Notes: generated by a model from the letters alone, not told the origin. 64,000 bases of DNA from Octopus bimaculoides (GCF_001194135.2 NC_068985.1:66886051-66950050), one strand, 5' to 3'; counted from the first letter of the stretch, positions 1 to 12,540 are shown. A program made the numbers and translations.

Positions 1-435
1 AAACTTACACAATAGAAAAAGATAATTTCAGTTGGGTTTGAGCTATAAATTTGAACGTATACACTGCAAGAATTTACATAATTTGCACCGACGTTTTACC
101 TAGAGTGTGTGTATGCATCTGTATGTGTATCAAAGGAAGTTATTTTATGGCGTTCTTTCATTTGAAGAAGCAAAGTAGTCAACTCGACATATATGATTGT
201 TTGTTAATTTCTGTAAAATTGTTTTCATTCTTTAAAGAGAGCAGAAATTGAAAGAGAGGATAAAGTGAAAAGGTAACATTTGCTTTGAAGTGAGAGGAGA
301 AAGTGTAACTTGTACGAGTATATAAAATGGAGGTGTGTGTGAAAGAGAGAGTGAGTGAGAGGTGTGTGTTGTGATGTATGAATTTTTTGCACGTATGTGC
401 AAGTGGCACTCACTCACTCTCTCTCTGTCACACAC

Positions 436-466
<31 letters not shown>

Positions 467-1180
467 TACATTATCTTTCATATACATGTACTTAAATAGG
501 CGGATGTAAATAACCCGCACAATACCCATTTTCGGCGTAACTCTAACCCTAAACACCGGGAGTGCATATTCTTGATTTTCGCCCAGAAATAAATATGCAT
601 ACATATGTTTTGTGCGTGAGAGAGAGAGAGTGAGGCTGTATTTCCTCATAAGATATAGAAAAATGGATGTATTTTAATGCAATTGTGGCGTATTTTATTA
701 CAATATTTATGTGTACATTTTTATAAATGTTTGTTTGAGTAGAATTCTACGCATGTGTAAAACATCGGACGAAAGTGATACAATAGAAGCAAATCTAGAT
801 ATTGTCCGAAAATGACCTCAAAATTGTGCGACCCAACCTTGTTGCCGAGCTTATTTTCGTTGTAAAAAAGCGTTGTTGCGTCAAAAGCATAGTTTATTTG
901 GTGGATAGGTAATAAGCAGCTTTCTCTATTATAATACACATGTGACTAATTCGGAGAAATATTACATTCATTATTCACACATCGTCACTCTCGTGCTGCA
1001 ACACTTTGTAATTTTGGTTCAAATTGAAAGTGTGAAACTGTTTTCATTTTGTAATGAAACCTGGTCGCTGTAGGGAAGTGTATTTGAAATAACTACAGAT
1101 GGTTATTGAGATAACGTAGAAAATTTGTAAATGAAAATAAAGTTTATTTGACAGGTGCAATTGATTTGATTGTTCTGGAA

Positions 1181-1362
1181 GGCGGCGAGCTGGTGGGATC
1201 GTTAGCAAGCCGGGCAAAAATGCTTGAGCGGTATTTCACCTGTCTTTACGTTCCGAGTTCAAATGGCGACGGAGTCAACTTTGCCCTTTATCCTTTTGGG
1301 CTCGATAAATTAAGTACCATGAGACACTGAGGTCGACATTTCAGGCCTTGTGCCTATAGTAG
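1181..1362 (+). mobile_element. tRNA-derived SINE, family B
   Basis: Starts GGCGGCGAGCTGG, has B-box-like GAGTTCAAAT near 1255 and ends TTTCAGGCCTTGTGCCTATAG. The same sequence recurs at 16058-16240 (-) and 44867-45073 (+). Confidence 0.85.
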
Positions 1363-1442
1363 TGAGTATTTGATTGTTCTGGTCTTAACATCAGTTGGTA
1401 AGAATAGAAGATATTTGACGACACCCTTTCCTTTGTAATTTT

Positions 1443-1661
1443 CTATTCTATTGCAGGTTCATTCCGAGGAATATTGAAATGATACCCATCTTGTCCATTT
1501 CGCATAATAAGAGTATACTGGAGGGCATCATAAGAGGGACATGTCTGTGAAACACGTTTAAGGTTGTAATCCCGAATACGAATGCGAATATCAGGATTTT
1601 CAATGGGGTCATCAACTATAAAGATGGCTACTTCATTAGATGTGAGCTCATTAAAGCAGCG
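1443..1661 (-). mobile_element. Helitron Rep/helicase fragment
   Basis: Manual translation RCFNELTSNEVAIFIVDDPIENPDIRIRIRDYNLKRVSQTCPSYDALQYTLIMRNGQDGYHFNI matches the Helitron RepHel motif RFN.PT..EVA.....RDI.....L.R.SE...SYDALQYP....G.DGYH. Not in the ORF track because it lacks an ATG. Confidence 0.85.
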
Positions 1662-1705
1662 TTAAATATTCTTTACTATAGTTTACTATAGACGTAACAA
1701 ACCCA

Positions 1706-1740
<35 letters not shown>

Positions 1741-2562
1741 TTGATAATATTGAAAACAGCAAAACGTACACACACAAAATTCAAGCGAAACGAAATGCAG
1801 CCAATATAGGTGCAAAACATAATTTTCGTAGCATAGTTATGCTATAAAAAAGTGGCAAGTCATAAATTTAGCAGAAGTTATTTTGCGTCACCAATGTAAG
1901 AAAGTACATAACGTCAGCATTTATTTGGAACATGTATTAAATGTTATAAAATTCACGATTGAATGAATGTCACGTTGACGAAAGTGAAAGTCCAAGAAAA
2001 TTCAGAAGCCATAATTCAATTCTTCATACAAAAATAATTTACTTTACAATATTTCAACGAACCGTGAACAAACTCTATAAGAAGGAAGGTGCTGTTGTGA
2101 ACGTTAATTTAAAATATTTGCTGAAGGATGAATGTAGCAAGATATAAATTAATTTGACATTACTATATATTTTTGAGCTGTGTAACGTTATAGTCTGTAG
2201 AATAAATACTAGCTAACGCAGTAAAAAGGTTGTGTGACGTTGATATTCACAGTGAGGAAAAATACAAGGACTGTTACAAAAAGCATTATCTTGAAACTTG
2301 TTAGTACGAGTGGAATAAAATTTCTGTAATTATTCTGAAAGAGCTGCTGAGGCTTTCTACTACGCCAAGTTCAGGAATTTGTTATAATAACCAGAATAAT
2401 ATTTTTTCAGATATATTTGCGAGTTTTGAGAGTGGTGTTAATTCAGCCAAATTTTCATGTTGGAAGTACTTGAAAGTGAATGTTTGTTTGAAATCCAGGC
2501 CACAAGTAAACTTTCACTATCGGCTCGTTTCATTGTTGGTGGGTGGAGTTGCATACATAAAC

Positions 2563-2564
<2 letters not shown>

Positions 2565-2648
<84 letters not shown>
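2565..2648. repeat. (GA)n microsatellite
   Basis: Pure AG dinucleotide run. Confidence 0.97.
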
Positions 2649-2652
<4 letters not shown>

Positions 2653-3121
2653 ACACGTACATTAACGCACACCTGAAGCGTATCTCTGTCCCTGTGTGTA
2701 TTTGACTGTCTTTAGATGTGTGTATGTGTGTCAGCCGTCACAAATATGTATGTATGCTGACAGACACATACACCGTCAAACACATATTTTCTCGGTCATC
2801 GGGCTAACGTAGGTAACGAACATGCGAACACACTCATATAGAAAATGTGACATCATCGTCGTTATAGAGGTGATATAAAATGTCGTTTACGATAGGTGAC
2901 TAAACGAAAAATGATAATGTTAAATTTTTGTAATGCAAATATGGGAATAAAAATATTGTTTAGTTGGTATCCAAAAGCTTACTGAATCTTTTGGTACCCT
3001 TTACGTCAAAATCGGCTACTCGGTTTTGGAATGGATTAGGAACATACGCATGCACACACACATACAAACTGTCTTTTATAGTTATATATATGTGTATGTG
3101 TGTGTGTGTATGTATATATGT

Positions 3122-3312
3122 CAGTGTGTCAATGTTTGTCCCCCAACCATCTCTTGACAACCGTTGTTGGTGTATTTACGTCACGTAACATAGTGGTTCG
3201 GCTAAATATATCGATAGGATAAGTACTAGGCTTATAAAAGATAAGTTCTGGGGTCGACTAAAGGCGGTGTTCCAGCATGGCCGCAGTCAAATGACTGAAA
3301 CAATTAAATGAA
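3122..3312 (+). mobile_element. SINE family A, 3' half
   Basis: TTGACAACCG...AAGTACTAGGCTT...GGGGTCGACTAAAGGCGGTGTTCCAGCATGGCCGCAGTCAAATGACTGAAACAA matches the 3' half of the full copy at 29810-30203. Confidence 0.88.
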
Positions 3313-4094
3313 TATAAAAATAAAAGAATATATATGTATGTGTGCGCGCGTGTATATGTATGTATGTATGTATGTATGCATGGAAATGAAATGAGTTAAA
3401 GTAAATTAAATATTTTCTAAATATAATTAATGTCATGCGTAATATCTGTCGCTTTAGTTTACCGTTTTCCGTTACAGAGATATCATGTACGTCCATTCAT
3501 AGCTATTCCAACGTATTTAAAAATATATATTTTGACCACTCAGGCTGTCCAAGCAAATACAATTCCGCTTAAAGCAAGCAATCGCTCAGAACGTTCTAAA
3601 ATAGATCTTTTGTTTGCATTTTATACTGTTGAAAGGTGAAGCTCCGCGAAAACTCATTCTGCNNNNNNNNNNNNNNNNNNNNNNNNNNNNNNNNNNNNNN
3701 NNNNNNNNNNNNNNNNNNNNNNNNNNNNNNNNNNNNNNNNNNNNNNNNNNNNNNNNNNNNNNNNNNNNNNNNNNNNNNNNNNNNNNNNNNNNNNNNNNNN
3801 NNNNNNNNNNNNNNNNNNNNNNNNNNNNNNNNNNNNNNNNNNNNNNNNNNNNNNNNNNNNNNNNNNNNNNNNNNNNNNNNNNNNNNNNNNNNNNNNNNNN
3901 NNNNNNNNNNNNNNNNNATATATATATATATATATATATAAATTATATACGTATATGTATACACAAACAAACACACACATATACAGATACACACAAATAT
4001 ACAGGGTTCGATGTATATATTCTCGCTTAACTACAAGAAAATGAAAATAAGACTGACATCTCATTTTTAACAGATATAATTATGAAAATTACAC

Positions 4095-4625
4095 AAAAAT
4101 ATCTTGAAATACTAGAGTGAATGTATTCAATAAATTCGTCATTAGCTTCAATCCCGCCTTCAGACGACTTCGGAATCTCCTGGAGCTCTTCTGGACAACC
4201 TTCTTGTTTAAGTTGGTGAATGCTGCCATAATCCCTGCCTTCCGTTCATCTTTAGTGCTACAAGTAGTTTTCTGGGTCTCTGGACTGCGGCTCACACATA
4301 ACGATCAAGGAGATTGCAGTCTGGAGAGTTAGTTGGACAAATGTTAGGATTGATGTGGTCGCAGATCTTATCTGACAGCCATGATTGGGTTCACATACTT
4401 GTGTGGCATTGTGCAGACTCGTGTTGCCACACACAGGTTCTTCAAGCAGTTACCCTCTGAACTCAGGGTAGCACGTCCACCTCCAGGCACCTGATGTAAG
4501 CTTCTGTGTCGAGTTAGAGGCCGTGTGAGAAGATGAATGAAGTCAAAACGTCGCCATCAGTAGTGATCACTCTAAACACCATGATGCTGAATGGATGGTT
4601 GACTTTTATCACTCTCGGTACATGT
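4095..4625 (-). mobile_element. Decayed Tc1/mariner DD37D (maT-like) transposase, C-terminal half
   Basis: Translation ...IMVFRVITTDGDV...CVWQHESAQCHTSM*TQSWLSDKICDHINPNICPTNSPDCNLLDRYV*... then TCSTKDERKAGIMAAFTNLNKK. There are 37 residues between the second catalytic position (here E) and the final D. Multiple stops. Confidence 0.85.
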
Positions 4626-5570
4626 CCTTAGAATGACACCGAAACACTCTGAAATATTCGTATTGGTTCTTCCGGCGCGAATACGAAGCAGTACATGTCG
4701 TTTCCAAATTTCTAGAAGAGTGAATTGTGTCGTGTTACTGTTGTTTTTCACAGACGTTGCCCAACTGACTCTACTATACTGTATTGTCGACAAAATAATA
4801 AAGAAAAAACAATGTGCATGCACGAAATGAAAAATATAAATGGCAACAATTTACTCATCTTAGCTTGTGTATAGACATTAGCTTGAGCATATCTTTATGT
4901 GCATGTTTATATGTTCAATTTCGACATCTCCCTTTTTTCTCATTTATATTCATCTACACGTACGATAGGCATTACAGATACAAGTATATGCATATTCACA
5001 AAATATAGACATAAATAAATTCAAGCTTTATCATTCCATCCTCTCTGTATCTCCCTAATTGTCTTTCTCTCTAAACTTCTCTCTGGTTTTCTCCCTTTTC
5101 TCTTTCTTCGTCTTTTCACGTACATGCACAAGAACACAGATCCAAGCTCACATACATAAGCACATATGAATATGAAATGAAATTCCTTGTGTCACTGTAT
5201 ATCATTGTGATTCATCCGTTTTAAATATTTATTTGAATTTTCTATTCCTACCTACCTCAGTTACTTACAAGACGTGAAATTTATTGAAATATATTTTTTC
5301 CTTTACATATTCACATAGATGGAGTAGATAACTCTACCAACTTTTATTAATATGATTTGCACGGCATTTTTTGCATTTTATTAAACCGTTGTTAAGATAG
5401 AGAATTAAAGACTTCCAGAATACGGTTTTAGTATAATGGTCGAAATGAATTAAAGAAGGAATGTAAAAGATTGAGATTTCTATCCGATTGAAAAATGCGG
5501 GAGCGAAATAGAAGTATTTATGCATTGGAGACTAGGTAGAGGATAAGAAAGCGAAATGCGTACAATGCTG

Positions 5571-5601
<31 letters not shown>

Positions 5602-6479
5602 CATACTTACATTCATCGCTATTTACTATATAATCTAGTTATTATAGGTTTACTATTAATACCGATACAGATGTACATAGATTTATGTGTTTCTTGTAGT
5701 TTAATTTTAAAGATAGTGTTTAATCCTGCCTATATTTACATTGAATGAATGCGGTTATAAAGCTTTCAGATTTATATTATACTATGGAAGACTAGGTAAT
5801 ATTTTATGAATGATTTAAAGGTTTGGTCGCTGTTTAAGTACATATATAGGAGTTAGTTATAGGTTTACTTATTGAATATATTTACCGATACTGTTGTACA
5901 TAGTGTAAATGTGTTTGGAATTAATGGTTTCTTTGGTATGTTTCTTGCTAAACAACACTTATTTTATTGGTGTTGACACCGCCGGATTGAATGATACTGA
6001 CAAACTGTCGAAGCCATAATGATATCCGTGGGACAGCTGGTGATGGAGGTATGTTTAATTGTTGGTATGCCTGTTTTTGTACATGTGGAATAGTATTATA
6101 ACACATCCTTTTCATACGTACATACACACATACACACACACATATGATTATAAGGAGAAAATTATTTTTTCTAATGCATATACTTCTCTTTGAAATGCTC
6201 AAGATATTCATACTTGTGGCGAAAGAATAATGTAGAAGTATGAATGAGAGTTAGGCAAATCCAGTTCCCATATATATCTATTCAGTCCTAGACACAGCAT
6301 GTTTGAATTTCTCTAAAAGCATATTTAATACATAGACATACTAAAAATATATAAATATATAAAAATATAGTGAGTGATCAATGCGTTAAAAAGATACATA
6401 TAAAAAATATAAATTTATAGATATATACATTAAAATTATATTGATAAAATAAATACATATATAGGTCGACTTACAGATT

Positions 6480-7262
6480 ATAAAACGAAATCATGAAAAG
6501 TGTTTAAGAGTCTACGAGGTAAAAAGTTTGGGTGTTTATAATCCAGTTAATAATCCTACGGCTGTCTCTGGGGGTCCGGTTGTCCAGTCATATAACATAT
6601 TTACATCTATTATTGGACCTCTTTTATCATAGAAAAATAAATTTCTAAAAAGGCTCACATGTACTGCGTTTGTCTAATGGGAATTACCTACTGAGTATTT
6701 TTATAGAGCTATATGCAAAAGAACAGGGGGAGTGAAAGTGTGTTTGAGTGGTTGGCAGAGGAGATACAATGCATGATAATATAAAGCCACTTATGCCTCT
6801 ATAGGTAGAGGTAAGAGGAGGGCAGTTTTATTTTGCATTTCAGAAAAAGTTTCAATGGATAAAATTTATTTAATATTCATGAATTGTGTAGACGGAGAAT
6901 AATTAATGATTCTTTTAAGCATAGTTTGCATTTGCCTATCTTTGTATTATAAGAGGGATCTTCATTTGCTCTGGATCATTGTATATTTTCTGATTTAAGA
7001 TCATGTATGTATGTGGCTAACGATGTCAAGAATTTGAATTTTGTCTTAGTGAAAGAATTTAAGTGTGCTCGATAACGACGCTTAAAATCTATGGTACTGC
7101 TTATAAAGTTCTTTGCTTGGTCTTTTCCTGGTGTTTCTACATTTATAAACCACATTTATAAACGTCATTTATAAACCACATTTTTACAGAGACAAAAGCC
7201 CTGAAGCGGGCATGCATTAAGTATACGACAATTATTGGTTTTCCTTTTTGTTCTATTTTTTA
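6480..7262 (-). mobile_element. Naiad-like Penelope element, GIY-YIG C-terminus and 3' terminal repeat
   Basis: NNCRILNACPLQGFCLCKNVVYK...FISSTIDFKRRYRAHLNSF...TSLATYIHDLKSENI...PSYNTKIGKCKLCLKESLIIL gives a PLE endonuclease with C-terminal CxxC. A decayed hammerhead-like motif lies near 6560-6595. Confidence 0.8.
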
Positions 7263-7264
7263 AA

Positions 7265-7640
7265 TTCTGTATTCAAACTTTCCGAGTATCATAGATACCA
7301 CTCTATCTTTGTTTGACAAATCATCAGTCAAATTGTCTTAATTACCACACCAAGCTTACGATCTATAATAACGTCTATTAATAGACATAAAATCCAACTT
7401 CACGATCATACACACCTAGACCCTTGTACAGCACCCTTTACTAGTCCCCCAAAATAGCAACAACACAACCAATATAAATAGTAGATCAAAACGGAAATCC
7501 TGTAAGTGTTGTATACCTAATGCATGCCCGCTCGAAGGCTTTTGTCTGCGTAAAAATGTGGCTTATAAATGTCGTGTAGAAACACAAAGTAAACATCAAC
7601 ATCAACCAAAGACATATATACGCACTACCATAGATTTGTT
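7265..7640 (+). mobile_element. Naiad-like Penelope fragment (inverted partner of 6480-7262)
   Basis: HRYHSIF...TTPSLRSIITSINRHKI...KSCKCCIPNACPLEGFCLRKNVAYKCRVETQ...TYI contains the CxCx5C linker motif. 7477-7590 is the reverse complement of about 7130-7260. Confidence 0.8.
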
Positions 7641-7688
7641 CTGCTATGTCAGATGCCTTGCAACGCATATTATCTTCCACACTTCTCT

Positions 7689-7915
7689 TTAAAAAGAGAC
7701 GGGTCCTCTCAGAAGGCCCTGGTTGAATGGGTTAGGTGATGTGAACGCCTTCTCCTCTCTGGTGAATAACACTATCACTCTATTAATTGTAGAAAGCGGG
7801 ATCACAACGTTTTCTACAATTTTACACTGACGATGTCTATCTTCCGAATGACCCACAGCACGGTCTCTAATAAATTTAGACAGTTTCAAGGCTTCACTTG
7901 TACATAGCATGATTA
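7689..7915 (-). mobile_element. Tc1-like transposase N-terminal HTH fragment
   Basis: ORF LSKFIRDRAVGHSEDRHRQCKIVENVVIPLSTINRVIVLFTREEK fits the Tc1 paired-like HTH pattern LS...R.RIVG......KIA..L.IP.ST.NR.I..F. Confidence 0.65.
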
Positions 7916-8070
7916 AACAGTCACATATAGAGCCTGAAGCATTAAAATGTCAATCAATAGAAATATAAACCTTAACAACTTAGAATTAAAAAAAAAAAAA
8001 AAATCAAACGATGTTGCATGGAGGGTCTATTTAATTCTGTCATGTATGTATGTATATGTCTGTATGTCTG

Positions 8071-8107
<37 letters not shown>

Positions 8108-8782
8108 NNNNNNNNNNNNNNNNNNNNNNNNNNNNNNNNNNNNNNNNNNNNNNNNNNNNNNNNNNNNNNNNNNNNNNNNNNNNNNNNNNNNNNNNNNNNN
8201 NNNNNNNNNNNNNNNNNNNNNNNNNNNNNNNNNNNNNNNNNNNNNNNNNNNNNNNNNNNNNNNNNNNNNNNNNNNNNNNNNNNNNNNNNNNNNNNNNNNN
8301 NNNNNNNNNNNNNNNNNNNNNNNNNNNNNNNNNNNNNNNNNNNNNNNNNNNNNNNNNNNNNNNNNNNNNNNNNNNNNNNNNNNNNNNNNNNNNNNNNNNN
8401 NNNNNNNNNNNNNNNNNNNNNNNNNNNNNNNNNNNNNNNNNNNNNNNNNNNNNNNNNNNNNNNNNNNNNNNNNNNNNNNNNNNNNNNNNNNNNNNNNNNN
8501 NNNNNNNNNNNNNNNNNNNNNNNNNNNNNNNNNNNNNNNNNNNNNNNNNNNNNNNNNNNNNNNNNNNNNNNNNNNNNNNNNNNNNNNNNNNNNNNNNNNN
8601 NNNNNNNNNNNNNNNNNNNNNNNNNNNNNNNNNNNNNNNNNNNNNNNNNNNNNNNNNNNNNNNNNNNNNNNNNNNNNNNNNNNNNNNNNNNNNNNNNNNN
8701 NNNNNNNNNNNNNNNNNNNNNNNNNNNNNNNNNNNNNNNNNNNNNNNNNNNNNNNNNNNNNNNNNNNNNNNNNNNNNNNNNN

Positions 8783-8837
8783 AAGAAGAAGAAGAAGAAG
8801 AAGAAGAAGAAGAAGAAGAAGAAGAAGAAGAAGAAGA
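8783..8837. repeat. (GAA)n microsatellite beside a gap, at the 3' end of the Neptune-like element
   Basis: Pure AAG repeat. Confidence 0.95.
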
Positions 8838-8845
8838 GGGAGTAG

Positions 8846-10940
8846 GAAAAGAAGAGAAAGAATAAGAAAATACGTGAGTGGTATAACAGAAGTAGGATGT
8901 TGGTGGAATCCGCTTAAATGGTCAAGTGATCTGTTGTGGTTGTAATGGTAGTGTTTGGAATGGTTCTGAATAAATTCATGCGTGGTGAATCTTGTGAAAC
9001 TATCGTTTTAAATATTTGCGTGGGTAATATTCTAAGGACCATGTAGTAGTGTCATTTGTGTTGGACGCATTCAAATGAGGTGTATATTTTGTGATAAAAT
9101 ATGACACTTTGCTGATGCGTTGATTATAGGCTGCATGGTCCCTGAATTTATAGCGGGGAAAAAATTTCTGAAGCCGGGTTGTTTGTTAGTGCACGAATGA
9201 TTATGTGTTCGCCGAGTGCTATTCTTCTGTATTTCCGAATTTTGATCTGGGATCTATGAAGGGTCATCCTTTGAAGTAAACTAATTTTGGTTTGGCCTAT
9301 GTATTGTTCTCGACACTCTGAGCAAGTTAATACATATATTTGGTTTTCCGAAGCACATGTGAAGTTGTTTTTCACTGTAAAACGTTGACTCTGATTGAAA
9401 GAGTACTCCGATCACTCGATTAGGTAGACGCATATACCACAGTTAGGTCTGCCGCATTTATTTTTACTGGCGGCTTCAGTGTTGTTGAGTGTACTTGAGC
9501 TTGTGTTGGAAGACTTTTCATAGATTTGGGTTGTCTTTTGCTCTTTATGATGGTGTGCCTTTGGAGGATTAATTTCATTCTGTGGTCCCTTTTTAGTAAC
9601 GGAATGTTCTGGAGGATGGTGTCGAAAGCTTCATTGTTAAGGGGGTTGTGTTTAGACATGCATGGTAGGGCTTTTGGTTGTAAATACTTCTTTGGTTTGG
9701 GATGTCTGAGTTCGTGGATGTTGAGTTGTAGGGCACGTTGAAAGCCTATACCAATTAGAGATTGTGTGTAGTACCTGGTAATGAGTGTATCCCTTAGTTC
9801 ATATAGTCGTGTGTCCCTGGTGTCTCTATTACTTTTTGCTAGGTTGAAGGGGATATTTTTTCTAAAGTGTCTGGGGTGGCATGAGTTGCACGGTAGATAT
9901 TACTTGGTGTCCGTTGGCTTATAGTATATATCTGTTTCTATTTTGTTGTTGCATGTCTTAACGAGGATGTCGAGGAAGGGAAGTTGTTGATGGCTATAGT
10001 CCATCATAAATTGAATGTTTCTATCAAGTCCATTTATAAGTGCTTGAAATTCTTTAAATCTCTCCACACTTTCAAGTCAAAGTATGAAACAATCATCCAG
10101 ATACCTTTTCCAATTATTTTTTATGTAGGGGCAGAATGGGTTGCCGTATTTTTCTAGTACCTTACGATAAAGACTAATTTCTAGATATCCCATGACTAGG
10201 TTAACAAAGGAGGGGGCAATTCTCGTACCCATCGCAGTCCCCGATTTTTGACGATAGAAGTTGTCTTTGAAGACAAACAAATAATTCTCCAAGATGAAGT
10301 TTAATCCTTCTAGCACGAATTCTTTTTTGATGAGAAGTAGGAGCTTATTGGAGTAAGAACTGAATAGCCAGAATTGAATTGTCTCTATTCGTAGGTGGTG
10401 GGGGATATTACAATAGAGGTTGACTACATCGAAGGATTCTAGTAGGGTGTCTTTCTTATTGTTTTATGGAGGCGATTAAGCATATGTAGGTTGTCCTTTT
10501 TGTAGGTTTTGATATGCTTGAGGAATTGTTTTAAGAGGGTATCTAAAAAGTTACTGAGGCGGTGGTTTTCGCATGCGGGACCTACTATTATGGGTCTTAA
10601 TTTGAGGTCATTGGGAGTAATGACATTGATTGTTATTTCTGTAGCTATCTTGCATGCGTTACGTATTTTCTCACGTTTGTGTATCTTAGGAATTGGCTGA
10701 ATTTAATTTTGAAGTTCGTAATATAAACATATTCTTTGTCGGTGACCCCCTTCTCTGTATGGGTTTAACATAGGTTTTAGGTTTCTAATTATTTTCTGCT
10801 GACTGTATTGCTGGACCTTTTCTTAATATGTTGTATCTTCTAATATGGATAGTACTAGAGTTGGGTAATTCATGATGTATTCACAGAAATGGTCAGGAAT
10901 TTTGTTCTTACCTTTTTAAGGGGTGTAGTTACTTCTCACA
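8846..10940 (-). mobile_element. Neptune-like Penelope retroelement (RT + GIY-YIG), 5'-truncated and decayed
   Basis: RT motifs QKSGTAMGT and WKRYLDDCF (10077-10316). Thumb YYKPTDTK.YL...SCHP. Zn-knuckle KCGRPNCGIC near 9420-9460. GIY-YIG NQIYVLTCSECREQYIGQTKISLLQRMTLHR (9148-9375). C-terminal FITKYTPHLN. Frameshifts and stops throughout. Confidence 0.92.
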
Positions 10941-11039
10941 CACACACACACAAACACATTTACGTGTATGTGTATATATATTACAAACCCATTCACACCG
11001 ATATATATATTTAGAAATCGTGGAAACATTAAAAAAAAA

Positions 11040-11150
11040 AACATTTCATTTAATTTTTCAACAATTTAATTTTTTTCAGGCTCTACACTAAGTGGAAGAG
11101 TCGCAAAGACTGAAACGGGTACTAAAATATTCTTCGTGATAACATTATTT
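11040..11150 (+). mobile_element. Penelope terminal-repeat remnant with degenerate hammerhead-like motif
   Basis: GTGGAAGA-GTC-GCAAA-GAC-TGAAAC-GG-GTA: a stem-II hairpin followed by GAAAC, in opposite orientation to the adjacent PLE. Confidence 0.45.
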
Positions 11151-12299
11151 TAGCATTTTCTATCTTGTCTTNNNNNNNNNNNNNNNNNNNNNNNNNNNNN
11201 NNNNNNNNNNNNNNNNNNNNNNNNNNNNNNNNNNNNNNNNNNNNNNNNNNNNNNNNNNNNNNNNNNNNNNNNNNNNNNNNNNNNNNNNNNNNNNNNNNNN
11301 NNNNNNNNNNNNNNNNNNNNNNNNNNNNNNNNNNNNNNNNNNNNNNNNNNNNNNNNNNNNNNNNNNNNNNNNNNNNNNNNNNNNNNNNNNNNNNNNNNNN
11401 NNNNNNNNNNNNNNNNNNNNNNNNNNNNNNNNNNNNNNNNNNNNNNNNNNNNNNNNNNNNNNNNNNNNNNNNNNNNNNNNNNNNNNNNNNNNNNNNNNNN
11501 NNNNNNNNNNNNNNNNNNNNNNNNNNNNNNNNNNNNNNNNNNNNNNNNNNNNNNNNNNNNNNNNNNNNNNNNNNNNNNNNNNNNNNNNNNNNNNNNNNNN
11601 NNNNNNNNNNNNNNNNNNNNNNNNNNNNNNNNNNNNNNNNNNNNNNNNNNNNNNNNNNNNNNNNNNNNNNNNNNNNNNNNNNNNNNNNNNNNNNNNNNNN
11701 NNNNNNNNNNNNNNNNNNNNNNNNNNNNNNNNNNNNNNNNNNNNNNNNNNNNNNNNNNNNNNNNNNNNNNNNNNNNNNNNNNNNNNNNNNNNNNNNNNNN
11801 NNNNNNNNNNNNNNNNNNNNNNNNNNNNNNNNNNNNNNNNNNNNNNNNNNNNNNNNNNNNNNNNNNNNNNNNNNNNNNNNNNNNNNNNNNNNNNNNNNNN
11901 NNNNNNNNNNNNNNNNNNNNNNNNNNNNNNNNNNNNNNNNNNNNNNNNNNNNNNNNNNNNNNNNNNNNNNNNNNNNNNNNNNNNNNNNNNNNNNNNNNNN
12001 NNNNNNNNNNNNNNNNNNNNNNNNNNNNNNNNNNNNNNNNNNNNNNNNNNNNNNNNNNNNNNNNNNNNNNNNNNNNNNNNNNNNNNNNNNNNNNNNNNNN
12101 NTTAAAATTTTGCCAGATATATTTTATACATGTTTCTGTTCTTGTAAAAACGAATCTTATCAAAAATACATATGAAATTAAATGAAGAGTTCATAATTGT
12201 TCCTTACTGGTGTCAATAGTCCACGTGGGTGCATTTTTTGTTGGTTGTAGTAGTATAGTGACCCTGTTGGTAATAGTAAATCGCAGTTCCCTCTGTCCG

Positions 12300-12361
12300 T
12301 GTCAGTAGCAGTAGTTAATTGGTTGTAGTGGTAGGGGTGGAAGCAGCACAATCAGCAGCAC

Positions 12362-12395
<34 letters not shown>

Positions 12396-12540
12396 GGCAG
12401 CAGCAGCAGTAGTAGTGACCATTATAACAGTAGCAGTAGTAGTAGCAGCAACAGCAGCAGCAGTAGTAGTAGTAGTAGTAGTGATAGTAGTAGCAGTGAT
12501 TGTTAGTAGTGACCTTAATAGTATTAGTAGTAGTGACCGT
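12300..12540. repeat. Compound (GCA)n/(GTA)n trinucleotide repeat
   Basis: Interleaved CAG and TAG runs; explains the poly-Ala/Val ORF 12319-12549. Confidence 0.9.

Noticed and set aside
5330-6200. N-terminal part of a tandem Naiad copy
   Set aside because: The position is compatible and there is a short direct repeat (about 5635-5695 / 5850-5915), but I could not read a diagnostic motif, so it is not annotated.
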